Shown: positions 1 to 9,231, counted from the first letter of the stretch. The stretch is DNA of 32,000 nucleotides from Candidatus Nitrospira inopinata (GCF_001458695.1 NZ_LN885086.1:630001-662000); one strand, 5' to 3'. Notes: generated by a model not told the origin, from the sequence alone. Program-made: numbers and translations.

Positions 1-47
1 GCGAACACCAGGGCGATGATCGCAAACCACAGTTCATCGAGCGACAT
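1..47 (-). CDS. cydB: Cytochrome bd oxidase subunit II, N-terminal fragment running off the window
   Basis: Minus-strand ATG at 47-45 reads MSLDELWFAIIALVF, the typical CydB N-terminus. It overlaps the cydA stop (34-36) by 14 nt. Confidence 0.6.
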   Translation of the reverse strand, partial: MSLDELWFAIIALVF

Positions 48-1437
48 ACATTCCTTCTTCGCGTAAACCGGCCTTTCCGGAAGAAGCCCGTGAGGCGTCG
101 ACACCGCCGGGACCTCGCGAGATCGTCTCGAAGAACAAAAACAGAAACAGGAGCCCGATCAGCAGATAGAGACCGAGATACCCCAGCAACGTGAACAGAA
201 CATTACCCGACCCCACCAGCGGCGAGTTGCCGTCGGCCGTTCGCAACAGGCCATACACGAGCCAGGGTTGCCGTCCCAATTCGGCGGTCATCCAGCCGGC
301 GGTCGTCGCGATATAGGGAAACGGCGCGAACAACATGAGCGTCCACAACATCCACCTCGCCTGAAACAGCCGTCCCCGCAGGAGCAGCAGCAGCGCCGTC
401 ACCATCACCGGAATGAAGATCGTCCCCAACCCGACCATGATGTGATAGGTGTAGTAGAGCAACGGCATGGTGTCCGGCCATTCGTCACGGGGAAAATCGG
501 TCAGCCCTTTGATCTCCGCGCCGAAGTGCTTATAGATGATGAAGCTGAGCATCTTGGGGAGCACGAGGGGATTGTCGATCGTGAGCGTATCCATGTTGGG
601 CTGGCCCATCAGCACCAGATCGGCTCCGGCTTCCGTATAGAAGTGACCTTCAAACGCGGCGCCCTTGATCGGCTGATGCTCGAACACCTGCAAGGCCGCG
701 TGGTGGCCGGTTGGAAACAACATCAGACTGCTCGCCATCGCCCCGGCCACGACGCCGGTTTTGAGAAACGTCTTCGCCGCGTCGACGTGAATCCCAGACA
801 ACAGATAATAGGCGCCCACCGCCGCCATCACGAACGATCCGGTCACCACCGCGGCCGTCATCGTGTGGGCGTACTGCCAGACGATCCAGGGATTGGTCAG
901 GAGCCCCCGGAGACTTGCGACGTGCACCGACCCCTCCGGATCGACCACGTAGGCTACCGGATGTTGCATCCATGCGTTCGTCGCGATAATGAAATAGCCA
1001 GAGAGCCACGAGCCCACGAACAACATCAACGTCGTCAGCCACAGGACAAAGGGGCTGAACATCTTGCGCCCATACAACAGAATCCCCAGGAACGTCGATT
1101 CGAGGAAAAACGCGAAGAGGCCCTCCATCGCCAACGTCTGGCCGATGACGCCGCCGGCGAACCGGGAGAACTTAGCCCAGTTCATGCCAAACTGAAACTC
1201 CAAGGGAATGCCGGTGACGACGCCGAACGCGAAGCTTAAGGCGAAGATCTTCGTCCAGAAATGGGCAACGTCATCGTAGTGAGGATCGCGCAACCAATAG
1301 GCTCGGCTCTTGAGATACAGGATCAAGGCCGCCAACCCCATTGTCAGTTGGGGAAAGAGGTAGTGGAACGTCGCCGTGACGGCGAACTGCAACCGATCGT
1401 AGAACAACGCGCTGTTCAAGGTGACCGTTTCGTCCAT
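34..1437 (-). CDS. cydA: Cytochrome bd ubiquinol oxidase subunit I
   Basis: 467-aa ORF with a CydA-like N-terminus (LSRLQF-type DRLQFAVTATFHYLFPQLTMGLA) and GRQPW near the C-terminus. Polytopic membrane profile; ATG at 1437. Confidence 0.93.
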   Translation of the reverse strand: MDETVTLNSALFYDRLQFAVTATFHYLFPQLTMGLAALILYLKSRAYWLRDPHYDDVAHFWTKIFALSFAFGVVTGIPLEFQFGMNWAKFSRFAGGVIGQTLAMEGLFAFFLESTFLGILLYGRKMFSPFVLWLTTLMLFVGSWLSGYFIIATNAWMQHPVAYVVDPEGSVHVASLRGLLTNPWIVWQYAHTMTAAVVTGSFVMAAVGAYYLLSGIHVDAAKTFLKTGVVAGAMASSLMLFPTGHHAALQVFEHQPIKGAAFEGHFYTEAGADLVLMGQPNMDTLTIDNPLVLPKMLSFIIYKHFGAEIKGLTDFPRDEWPDTMPLLYYTYHIMVGLGTIFIPVMVTALLLLLRGRLFQARWMLWTLMLFAPFPYIATTAGWMTAELGRQPWLVYGLLRTADGNSPLVGSGNVLFTLLGYLGLYLLIGLLFLFLFFETISRGPGGVDASRASSGKAGLREEGMYVAR

Positions 1438-1745
1438 GGGACCTCTGGGACCTCGCTTGCGGTTGACGGATCGTTGCTCTTGCCTCCCTTGCGACGGGAT
1501 GCCTTCTCATAAGCAAACAGAAGACTCTCGTCTCACGCCGCGCGGCTGCATGTCGGCTCTTGTTTTCACTATATGGTGAAGCTGGCGTCACTGCAACCCC
1601 GATTCGGCTCGATCGGATACGGCGGTTTACTTTCGCAAGGCAAGCGCTTGCTCGACATGGTCGCTGAAAGATTGCGCTCATCCAACAACGGCGGCGTCCG
1701 ATTGGAGTCTGCTCTGACGTCTGGTTTTCTTTTCCAATTCGCCGC

Positions 1746-1982
1746 TCATCCGAAGCGATCCGATCTGGCCCGCCAGGCCGCCCACAATAAATAGAGAAAC
1801 CCCATCACCCCCAGCAGCTCCAGAATATGAACCAGGTGCCACCCCTCCGTAAGTTCGACCTCCAGCATCACCAGCGCCGCCGTCGCCACAAGAAACACCA
1901 CGATGTGGCGCCTGGGCATGCCGAGCATTTCCCGGAGCAAGGCGCCCATCCACGTCGGCTTGTGCCCCAACTGTTCAGCCAT
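1746..1982 (-). CDS. Small hypothetical membrane protein (about 78 aa, two hydrophobic segments)
   Basis: Internal ATG at 1982 (MAEQLGHKPTWMG...) of ORF 1746..2081. Two TM-like stretches (IVVFLVATAALVMLEV and LLGVMGFLYLLWAAW). I recognise no family. Confidence 0.35.
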   Translation of the reverse strand: MAEQLGHKPTWMGALLREMLGMPRRHIVVFLVATAALVMLEVELTEGWHLVHILELLGVMGFLYLLWAAWRARSDRFG

Positions 1983-2419
1983 CGGCGTGTCCCCTCTCCG
2001 TCGTGTTCCCAAACAAGCACCGCAAACCTGATACCAGAGAAGCAACGAGGCAATTCTTCCTATCACTTGCACAGCAGCCATAAATTCTCTGGAACACTCA
2101 CGATCAAATTGGGGGAAGACGTTCGCTGTCGCATTCTGGGACTATGCGGCAATTCCCGCTGTCGCCGGGCGCCACAATGTCGCCAGCCGGTTTGGATTCG
2201 TCCGTGGCAGCTTTTTAGTTGCCGATACAGCAACCATCTCTTGGTTCATTTCGGCTTCGATAGGTCGAATGACGAAGACCGCTCCGGAACTCAAATGCTC
2301 GAGTCATGCGATTCCCGGCAATGGCCTGGGAGCGGGGAATGGTGTCGGCGTTTCGTTGATTGAATAGACCCCCTGTTTGTGGCATAAGCCCTGGGATCGA
2401 ACGACCGGATCTCTTGTTC

Positions 2420-4204
2420 ATGAGCATCGCACGCCTCTCCTCACTCGGACCCTGCTTCTCGAAAGCCGGACTGTTGGCCGGGCTTATCCTTGCGTGCCCA
2501 TGGGATGGCCCCTCGCCCGTGGCCGGACAATCGTTATCGGATCCTCCGACTGAGGACACGACGATCGAGCAACCCGTTCAACGCACCGATGAAGTCATTC
2601 GACGGCTGGAACAAGAGGAGCCTGGAAGAGTCGAGGATGCTCAGCCCATCGCTCCGCTGCCGAGGCAGAAGCAAAAGGCAAAGGACCAGCTTCACCGGCT
2701 TGAAGAGCAGCGGGCGCGAGAACGAGAGATGGAACGAGAGACCCAGGGTCCCAAAGAACGGGCCCGTGAACAGGTGAGAGAGTTCGAGCAACTTGCGCCG
2801 CCGGACGAGCCGCAACCCGCACCGTCGGTCTTGGATCGATTGTTCGGAGACTGGTTTAAAACGGCCGGTGCATCGAGCGAGGAAGGAATCTCTCCTCGGC
2901 CGGAAGCGACGACGCGGGTCAAGTATCTCCTTGGCGTGTACGAAACTCAGATCGGCATTTACGACGAGATTCTAGACAAAACCAAGGTCGGACCCGGGTT
3001 GTTGCATCGGGCGCTGGGCGCCCCAAGTTGGCTGGTTCTGGGAGGAGAACACCGCACACGCTACGAAGGACTGGACGGCTCATGGCGGACGAACGACCCG
3101 AACGGCGGTCAGGCACTCTCTCTGCGGACCAGACTGCAGGTCGGCATCCAGAAAATCTTTGATCCTCTGCGGCTCCTGATTGAAATCCAGGATTCACGCC
3201 TGCCGCTAAGCTCAACAGGCGCCTACGCGAATACCAACAACGCCAACCATTTCGATATTCAGCAGCTTCACGCGGACCTCTACACTAACAACCTCTTCGG
3301 CATCGGTCTTCCTTCGGTTCTCAAGGTCGGGCGGATCAACATGGACCTCGGACGAGGGCGGTGGGTGGCCCGCAATCAGTTCCGCAATGCGACGAACGCC
3401 TTTGACGGCGTGGAGTGGCAATTGGGCGGCGAGCGGCGGTGGCAACTCCGTTCGTTTCTCGTCCGACCGGTCCGGCGATTCATGCAGCGGCTCGATCCCT
3501 GGCTGGCAACCGAAAACGGCACGTTCTGGGGCCTCTATCTCGAGTCGCGAACCCTTCCATGGTTCGAGACAACCTTCCACTACTTCGGACATGCTGACGA
3601 GGGGCCGGGACGCGATTTCAACATGGTGGGGGGACGGATCCGAAAACCACCGGCGGTCGGCTCATTCGACTATGAGATCGAGTCGTCCTTTCAATTCGGG
3701 AACATCAATCAACAAACCAGATTCGCCCAGTTCTACCACGGTGAGTTGGGCTACACGTTCGATTTCCCTTGGAGGCCTCAGGCGCTGGTCAAGTTCGACT
3801 ATGCCGGCAACGGGTTCGACATCTTGTATGGACGACGGTCTTTTGAGCTGACTCCGACGGGAATTTTTGGACCATTCCAGCGCAGCAACATGACCTCTCC
3901 AGGCGCGAGACTTCTCGTCAAACCGTTCGACCGGGGCTACGTCTTTCTTCAATACCGGGCCTGGTGGCTGGTCGATAGTGCGGGATCCTGGGTGGGGACG
4001 GGACTGCGCGATTCGACCGGCCGTTCAGGAACCTTTGTCGGGCACACATTTGAAGTGCGCGCCCGCTGGGGACTGAACGAACAGACGTACCTCCAAGCGG
4101 GCTACACCCATTTCGCGTTCGGCCCATTCGCCGAACGTGCGCCTGGCAGTCCGGTCACCCGAGACGCTCATTACGGATACATATGGACTGAGTTCATGTT
4201 CTAA
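2420..4204 (+). CDS. Outer-membrane beta-barrel porin, alginate-export (AlgE-like) family, with a long charged N-terminal extension
   Basis: First ATG of ORF 2360..4204 (2360 is TTG). Signal-peptide-like MSIARLSSLGPCFSKAGLLAGLILA. Alternating beta-strand pattern and C-terminal TEFMF (aromatic terminal residue typical of OMPs). Motifs RYE..., NAFDG and GR(I/L)NMDLGR are shared with its neighbour. Confidence 0.8.
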   Translation: MSIARLSSLGPCFSKAGLLAGLILACPWDGPSPVAGQSLSDPPTEDTTIEQPVQRTDEVIRRLEQEEPGRVEDAQPIAPLPRQKQKAKDQLHRLEEQRAREREMERETQGPKERAREQVREFEQLAPPDEPQPAPSVLDRLFGDWFKTAGASSEEGISPRPEATTRVKYLLGVYETQIGIYDEILDKTKVGPGLLHRALGAPSWLVLGGEHRTRYEGLDGSWRTNDPNGGQALSLRTRLQVGIQKIFDPLRLLIEIQDSRLPLSSTGAYANTNNANHFDIQQLHADLYTNNLFGIGLPSVLKVGRINMDLGRGRWVARNQFRNATNAFDGVEWQLGGERRWQLRSFLVRPVRRFMQRLDPWLATENGTFWGLYLESRTLPWFETTFHYFGHADEGPGRDFNMVGGRIRKPPAVGSFDYEIESSFQFGNINQQTRFAQFYHGELGYTFDFPWRPQALVKFDYAGNGFDILYGRRSFELTPTGIFGPFQRSNMTSPGARLLVKPFDRGYVFLQYRAWWLVDSAGSWVGTGLRDSTGRSGTFVGHTFEVRARWGLNEQTYLQAGYTHFAFGPFAERAPGSPVTRDAHYGYIWTEFMF

Positions 4205-4230
4205 TCGGCGAACGGGCCGTTTACCATTCC

Positions 4231-5916
4231 ATGCTGCTTCTTCGGACATGCCGGACGCCACGAAGCACGTGCTTCGTGGCGCGCTCCGTCGTTTTCGCCA
4301 CCTTCCTCCTTGCCACTTTTGCCATCGCCCCGTCCCAGGCGTCGGCGGCACAGGATGACCCGAGTGAGGCCATCAGAAGGTTGGAGCGACAACATGAAAC
4401 GATTAGAGGGGAACTGGTCTCTCCGGGGGAGGAACAGGAACAGGAGCATGACTCGCCCGATCAACAGAAGAGCCCTCGCGAGAAGGCGCTCGACCGAATC
4501 AAACGGCTCGAGGAACGCACGAAAGAGCGAGTCGGCCCCCCTCCTGAAGAGCCGGCCGTCGAACAACACCTTCCGACCGTTCCACGGGAACGAACTCAGT
4601 TTCTTCTGAATCTGTTCGGCGCCATCGCCCGCATCTACGACGAGATCCTCGTCCAGACGGGAAGGGTGGGACAGTATTACGATGATCTCTTGGATACAGC
4701 CGTCGCCGCCCCACGCCTGTTGCACCGTCTGTTGAACCAGCCGGAAGGATTTCGGTTCGGCGGCGAGTATCGGATCCGCTATGAAACGTTGGAGGGGCGA
4801 TGGCGAAGGGGCGAAGCAGGCAGCGACCAACAGGTGGCCCAACGCACCAGATTCTACTTCAGCATCAAGGACATCGCAGACCCGTTGCGAGCGGTGCTGG
4901 AATTTCAGGACTCCAGAACCTGGTTGACCGACCAGGGGTCGTTCGTCAACAACACCCATGTCAATCATACCGACATCCAGCAGTTGCACGTGGATCTGGT
5001 CTCCTCGAATTTCTTTGGTTCCGGTCTCTATACCGAGCTCAACGTCGGACGGCTCAACATGGACCTGGGACGACGCCGATGGGTGGCGAGAAACAGCTTC
5101 CGCAACACGACCAATGCGTTTGACGGAATCAGTTGGCTGCTCGGGAAAACCGAGGTCTGGAGCCTTCGCGCCTTCGTCGTCGCGCCGGTCGGCCGATTCT
5201 TGCGCCGCCTCGACGAGCCGGATACGGAACGCCGGCTTTGGGGCCTCTACTACGAATCCCACCACCTCTCCCGGATGAGGACGGACCTCTACTACTTCGG
5301 CCACAGGGATCGCGGCCCCTTCCGAGATTTCGACATGGTGGGAACGAGGATTCGGAAACGACCGGCAGCGGGAACGTTCCACTACGAAATCGAATCGGCC
5401 TATCAGTTCGGCGACGTGAGCCGGCAGGGGCGATTCCAGCACTTTCAGCACGCCGAGGGAGGATTCACGTTCGACGCACCCTGGATTCCTCAGATCGTGC
5501 TCCAATTCGATTACGCCAGTCGGGGGTTCGATTCGCTCTACGGGGCCCGCGTCTTCGAGTTCGCCCCCACCGGCATCTTCGGACCGGTGGTCCGTACCAA
5601 CCTCCTTTCCCCAGGGCTGCGCCTCCTGGCCAACCCCACCGACAAACTGTCGCTGTACCTCCAACAACGGGCCTTGTGGCTGGCGGACGGCCGGAGTCCT
5701 TGGGCCGGCAGCGGTCGTCACGACCCCACCGGCGCAGCCGGCACATTTGTGGGCCATACTTCTGACCTCCGCGCCGGCTACAGAGTCACCGACAATCTGT
5801 TTCTTCAGGTGGGATTCGTCCACTTCGCCTTTGGAGGCGTCCCCAAACGGACGCCCGACTCCACCGGAGATCGACGCGCCATCTATGCCTACACGTCGAT
5901 AGACGTGCTTTTCTGA
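4231..5916 (+). CDS. Outer-membrane beta-barrel porin, alginate-export family, tandem paralog
   Basis: Roughly half of the barrel residues are identical by eye to ORF 2420..4204 (GGEYRIRYE, DIQQLHVDL, VGRLNMDLGRRRWVARNSFRNTTNAFDG, PTGIFGP). Signal peptide ends SQASA|AQDD; C-terminal IDVLF. An alternative in-frame GTG start lies at 4276. Confidence 0.8.
   Translation: MLLLRTCRTPRSTCFVARSVVFATFLLATFAIAPSQASAAQDDPSEAIRRLERQHETIRGELVSPGEEQEQEHDSPDQQKSPREKALDRIKRLEERTKERVGPPPEEPAVEQHLPTVPRERTQFLLNLFGAIARIYDEILVQTGRVGQYYDDLLDTAVAAPRLLHRLLNQPEGFRFGGEYRIRYETLEGRWRRGEAGSDQQVAQRTRFYFSIKDIADPLRAVLEFQDSRTWLTDQGSFVNNTHVNHTDIQQLHVDLVSSNFFGSGLYTELNVGRLNMDLGRRRWVARNSFRNTTNAFDGISWLLGKTEVWSLRAFVVAPVGRFLRRLDEPDTERRLWGLYYESHHLSRMRTDLYYFGHRDRGPFRDFDMVGTRIRKRPAAGTFHYEIESAYQFGDVSRQGRFQHFQHAEGGFTFDAPWIPQIVLQFDYASRGFDSLYGARVFEFAPTGIFGPVVRTNLLSPGLRLLANPTDKLSLYLQQRALWLADGRSPWAGSGRHDPTGAAGTFVGHTSDLRAGYRVTDNLFLQVGFVHFAFGGVPKRTPDSTGDRRAIYAYTSIDVLF
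4256..4281. repeat. Perfect 26-nt palindrome CGCCACGAAGCAC|GTGCTTCGTGGCG
   Basis: All 13 base pairs checked by hand. It lies 52 nt after the porin-1 stop and covers the alternative GTG start (4276) of porin 2. Centre is CACGTG. Confidence 0.9.
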
Positions 5917-5940
5917 GAAAGAAGTCGAGGCGGACGGCCG

Positions 5941-7062
5941 TTATCGAGGCGCTCCGTCTTTCGTGACCGACCAAATCACCCGTCCCGTTTTATCGCGCAG
6001 CCTCATTGAGGGTTCACCCTCCGGGTCCAGGTAAACGCTGGCCCGCTGCTTGTTGGACTCATCGAGCAAATCGAGGGCCATTTCATTGTTTTCGCGCAGG
6101 CCGAGAAAGGCGCTGTGCTTTCCTTTCTTGCTGCTCAGAAGCAAGCTCGGTCGATTCTCCCCCTCAATACTCAGGAAGATGCCGTCGTCGCCGGTCCGGT
6201 CGATCAGGGAGAGAAGCGGTCGATCCCGAAGAATCAGATTGGGGCGCCCGGCCTCATCGAGATTCAAGCCGGCCCGCAGCGCGTCCTTGTCGTCGTACAT
6301 CGCCAGCAGCGGTGCCTCTTTCTTAGGCAAGGCTTCGACGGAGAGGCTGACCAATCGACGACCTTCTTTATCCTTCATGGTCAACCGCGGCTCCCCGGTG
6401 TCCAAAATTTCGAGCCGGGCACGAGACTGGCTTTCGCCGTTGATCAGCTCCAGCCCTTCCATCATCAAGCCGGTTCGCGGTTTTCCGCCTTGGTACAACA
6501 CCAACCCCGCCTTCTCCTCAACAGCCGATAAGACGGCGTTCACGTGACCTTTTGGGTCCTCAAGAAATATGCGCGGCGCGCCATCCACAAACATGAGCGT
6601 GGCCTCGGCGGTTCCTTCCTTGCCCTTGAGACGCATCTCCGGCCAGCCTTCCGGCGAAAGACCGAGGCTCGCCAACACTCTCCCGTCCCGCTCCATGGTC
6701 AAATCCAGCCTCGGCTCGCCCTTGCTCAACACCGCGAGTCTCACTCGCGGATCGCCGTCCCTGTTATTCAGACGCACTTCGGCCCCGCCTTCCTTCGTCA
6801 GCGCGAGCGTCAGCCGAGACTTGCCGGACTTGTCCGCAAGATCCAGCCGCGGCTCTCCCTCTTCCGAGACGGCAAGCTGCGCGCGAGCCTTGCCGTCCCT
6901 GTCCGTCACAATCAACCTCTCAGTCGTGATCATCCTCCTGTCCGGCGCGGCTTCCTGCGCAACGACCGGATCGGTCAAGAGGATCCGATTCCCGACCACG
7001 CCCCCGATCAAACCGGCCACCAACGCCCACACCACGACACTTCCGGACCCCTGTTGTGCCAT
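5941..7062 (-). CDS. N-terminally membrane-anchored repeat protein (about 14 copies of a 20-23 aa unit), function unknown
   Basis: ATG at 7062 is preceded by AAGGAGG with 6-nt spacing, so the track start at 7098 is probably too long. TM helix VVVWALVAGLIGGVVG. Then repeated units such as EPRLDLADKSGKSRLTLAL, EPRLDLTMERDGRVLASLGL and EPRLTMKDKEGRRLVSLSV. Confidence 0.75.
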   Translation of the reverse strand: MAQQGSGSVVVWALVAGLIGGVVGNRILLTDPVVAQEAAPDRRMITTERLIVTDRDGKARAQLAVSEEGEPRLDLADKSGKSRLTLALTKEGGAEVRLNNRDGDPRVRLAVLSKGEPRLDLTMERDGRVLASLGLSPEGWPEMRLKGKEGTAEATLMFVDGAPRIFLEDPKGHVNAVLSAVEEKAGLVLYQGGKPRTGLMMEGLELINGESQSRARLEILDTGEPRLTMKDKEGRRLVSLSVEALPKKEAPLLAMYDDKDALRAGLNLDEAGRPNLILRDRPLLSLIDRTGDDGIFLSIEGENRPSLLLSSKKGKHSAFLGLRENNEMALDLLDESNKQRASVYLDPEGEPSMRLRDKTGRVIWSVTKDGAPR

Positions 7063-7378
7063 ACGGAACCTCCTTGTATCTTCCCTCAAACGTGGCAAGT
7101 CTCCCTGGAGAACGCCGGCTGTTCCTCAAAGGACACAACCGGTCGGAAGGTATTCGCTCACGAGTCCGCTCGCGGGACCGATTCTCTCCCATGAGGCCCT
7201 GGCGCAGCAAGAATGTTTTCCGGCGCCGGCCGGCACGATGTTATTCGGAACCGCTGTTTCGGAAATGCCTCGGATCAAAGGGAAGGGGGACGTGCTCGAT
7301 TTCAAGCTGAAGGTTCACATCAGCATGGTGCGTGCTGCTCCCCGCGACGGAGCGGCGAGGCAAACTGACTCATGGCAG

Positions 7379-8740
7379 TCATGGCGATTCGCCGTGAAGA
7401 GCCAATTGGCCCAGTCTCGCGTCATCGATCGCCTCGCCAAGAATCCGCGCCGCCTCCTGTGGCGCGTGGAACCCCATCGAATTTTCCGCCTCGACGAAGT
7501 CCACCATGAACTGGGCTTTCCGCTGCAACGCCTGGGCGGTGCTCACCGCCTGGTCGCTTCGGCCGGCCGTTCGGGCCGCGGCAAGGTCGCGGATCAGCGC
7601 AATCAGCGCGTCCATGGCGCGATTGCGCAGCTCGAAGGTCCGCTGCTGAATCGTTTCCGCGCGATCCTTCAATTCGGCCTCCGGCCACTTATGGCAGGTT
7701 TGGCAGGCCCGGTTGATGTTGAGCAGGGGACTGCGGACATGGTGATCGCTGATCTTCATCGCACCTTCACGCTTGTACGGCATATGACAATCGGCGCAGG
7801 CGACACCCGAGCGGGCATGAATTCCCTGGTTCCACATTTCAAATTCCGGGTGCTGCGCTTTCAGCACTGGGGCGCCGGTTTCGGCGTGCGTCCAATCGGA
7901 AAATCGCATCTCTTCATAATAGGCGAGCATGTCATCGACACGAAGTCCCTTGGCCCAGGGAAAGACCAAACGTTTCTCCGGTCCCTGAAAATAATATTCG
8001 ACGTGGCATTGGCCGCAGACGAACGAGCGCATCTCCTGTCTGGTCGCCATCCGGTTGACGTCGTAATTCTTGACGCCTTCGTGGGCTTTCAACGCCTGCA
8101 ATCCCTCGATAAAGGCCGGGCGCGTCACGCGAAGCTGCATGGTGTCGGGATGGTGGCAATCGATGCAGGTGACGGGATGGGTCACGTGCGGCCGCGCCTC
8201 GGCGTAGGGCATGGCATTGAGCTTGGCGAACCCGGCAAAGATATCTCCGTCACCCAGCCGTTTCATCGCCGTATAGACGGACGAGTGGCATTGGAGACAG
8301 GTTCCAGGCTGCGGAGTGACGACCTGACGTTCGGTGTACGTCTGATCCTCCAGCATGTAGGCGTGGCCCCGTTCTTCACGAAAATCGTGGGCGAAGGCAT
8401 AGCCGGCCCACATGGTTTTGAGCCGGGGGTCTTCTTCCAGTCTCGATTGCGCGACCACGGAGCGGGGATCGGCCTCGGTCGGGGTCCGTGGAATCGCCTC
8501 GCTGCCGCCGAACCGAGTCCGCACTTGATCCACGGTTCTGGTGTAGGCGTCGTACTGGAACGGGAAATTCTTCCCCCATAGAGCAGGGTCGTCGGTGTCG
8601 TCGGTCAATTCGACGACGCGGAAGAACAGGGTCTTCTCTTCCTGCTTGCGCTGAAAGATCGTCACGAGCAAGGCGGTCGCCGCCACGGTCGCGATCGTCG
8701 CCAAAAGAAGCGCCACGATGAGTTTCGCTGTCACGTTCAT
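7379..8740 (-). CDS. nrfA: Pentaheme cytochrome c nitrite reductase (ammonia-forming) NrfA
   Basis: Five heme motifs in NrfA order: CLQCH, CIDCH, CGQCHVEYYF, CADCHMP, CQTCH. KAQHPE(F/Y)E motif present. ATG at 8740 with a GAGGGA SD, 14 nt after the nrfH stop. N-terminal TM/signal anchor. Confidence 0.92.
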   Translation of the reverse strand: MNVTAKLIVALLLATIATVAATALLVTIFQRKQEEKTLFFRVVELTDDTDDPALWGKNFPFQYDAYTRTVDQVRTRFGGSEAIPRTPTEADPRSVVAQSRLEEDPRLKTMWAGYAFAHDFREERGHAYMLEDQTYTERQVVTPQPGTCLQCHSSVYTAMKRLGDGDIFAGFAKLNAMPYAEARPHVTHPVTCIDCHHPDTMQLRVTRPAFIEGLQALKAHEGVKNYDVNRMATRQEMRSFVCGQCHVEYYFQGPEKRLVFPWAKGLRVDDMLAYYEEMRFSDWTHAETGAPVLKAQHPEFEMWNQGIHARSGVACADCHMPYKREGAMKISDHHVRSPLLNINRACQTCHKWPEAELKDRAETIQQRTFELRNRAMDALIALIRDLAAARTAGRSDQAVSTAQALQRKAQFMVDFVEAENSMGFHAPQEAARILGEAIDDARLGQLALHGESP

Positions 8741-8754
8741 CGTTCCCTCGCGAG

Positions 8755-9231
8755 TTACTGATGCCCGACGTCCCCATGACATCGAAGACAGGACAAGTCT
8801 TCCCGACCGACGCCGGTTACGGTCATTGCCTGCACGATGGCTGCATGGCATTTTAGACAAGCCTGTTCGGTCAGCCGGTGCATGGGCGGTGTAATTTGGA
8901 TTTCATCGAGGAAGTAACCGGTCGTAAAGGCGTAGGCATGCAGAAAACCGTACTTCGCCTTGGCGACGTATTTTTCAACGGGGCCGTCCGGCGTATGGCA
9001 GTCGTTGCACACGGCCACCGACCGGTGACTACCCTTCACCCAGCCGGCGTATTGCTCGCGCATCACGTGGCAGTTCACGCAGGCTTCCGGCTTGTCGGTC
9101 AAGTACGAGCCGCCGCGGGCATAGACGAACGTATAGACGCCGATACCGGTGAATACCCCCAGTGCGATGGCCACTGCCCAGGGCAGCAGCGGCAACGATG
9201 GCCTCCGAGCCGGCCGCCCGTTACGGATCAC
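8755..9231 (-). CDS. nrfH: NapC/NirT-family tetraheme cytochrome c quinol dehydrogenase NrfH
   Basis: Four CXXCH motifs (CVNCH, CNDCH, CLKCH, CLRCH) after one TM helix. The best start is GTG 9231-9229, which forms a GTGA overlap with the phosphoketolase stop (9230-9228). The track ORF start at 9363 would overlap the upstream gene by 136 nt. Confidence 0.88.
   Translation of the reverse strand: MIRNGRPARRPSLPLLPWAVAIALGVFTGIGVYTFVYARGGSYLTDKPEACVNCHVMREQYAGWVKGSHRSVAVCNDCHTPDGPVEKYVAKAKYGFLHAYAFTTGYFLDEIQITPPMHRLTEQACLKCHAAIVQAMTVTGVGREDLSCLRCHGDVGHQ

Noticed and set aside
268-1239. 323-aa + strand ORF opposite cydA
   Set aside because: It is Arg/His/Pro/Gly-rich and low-complexity, with no recognisable motifs. 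It lies fully inside a confidently called cydA on the other strand, which makes it a typical high-GC shadow ORF.
4201-5823. 540-aa minus-strand ORF opposite porin 2
   Set aside because: Antisense to a CDS that has a paralog, a signal peptide and an OMP C-terminus. Its composition is Arg/Gly/Val-rich without domain motifs.
7219-7234. GC-rich palindrome CCGGCGCCGGCCGG downstream of nrfA, considered as the operon terminator
   Set aside because: On the minus-strand transcript it is followed by an A-run, not a U-run, and the stem is only about 5 bp. I cannot support a terminator call.
6569-8581. 670-aa + strand ORF spanning the repeat-protein gene, the intergenic region and nrfA
   Set aside because: It crosses two well-supported minus-strand genes and an intergenic gap. 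The sequence is Ser/Arg/Pro-rich. It is an artefact of GC-rich antisense frames lacking stops.
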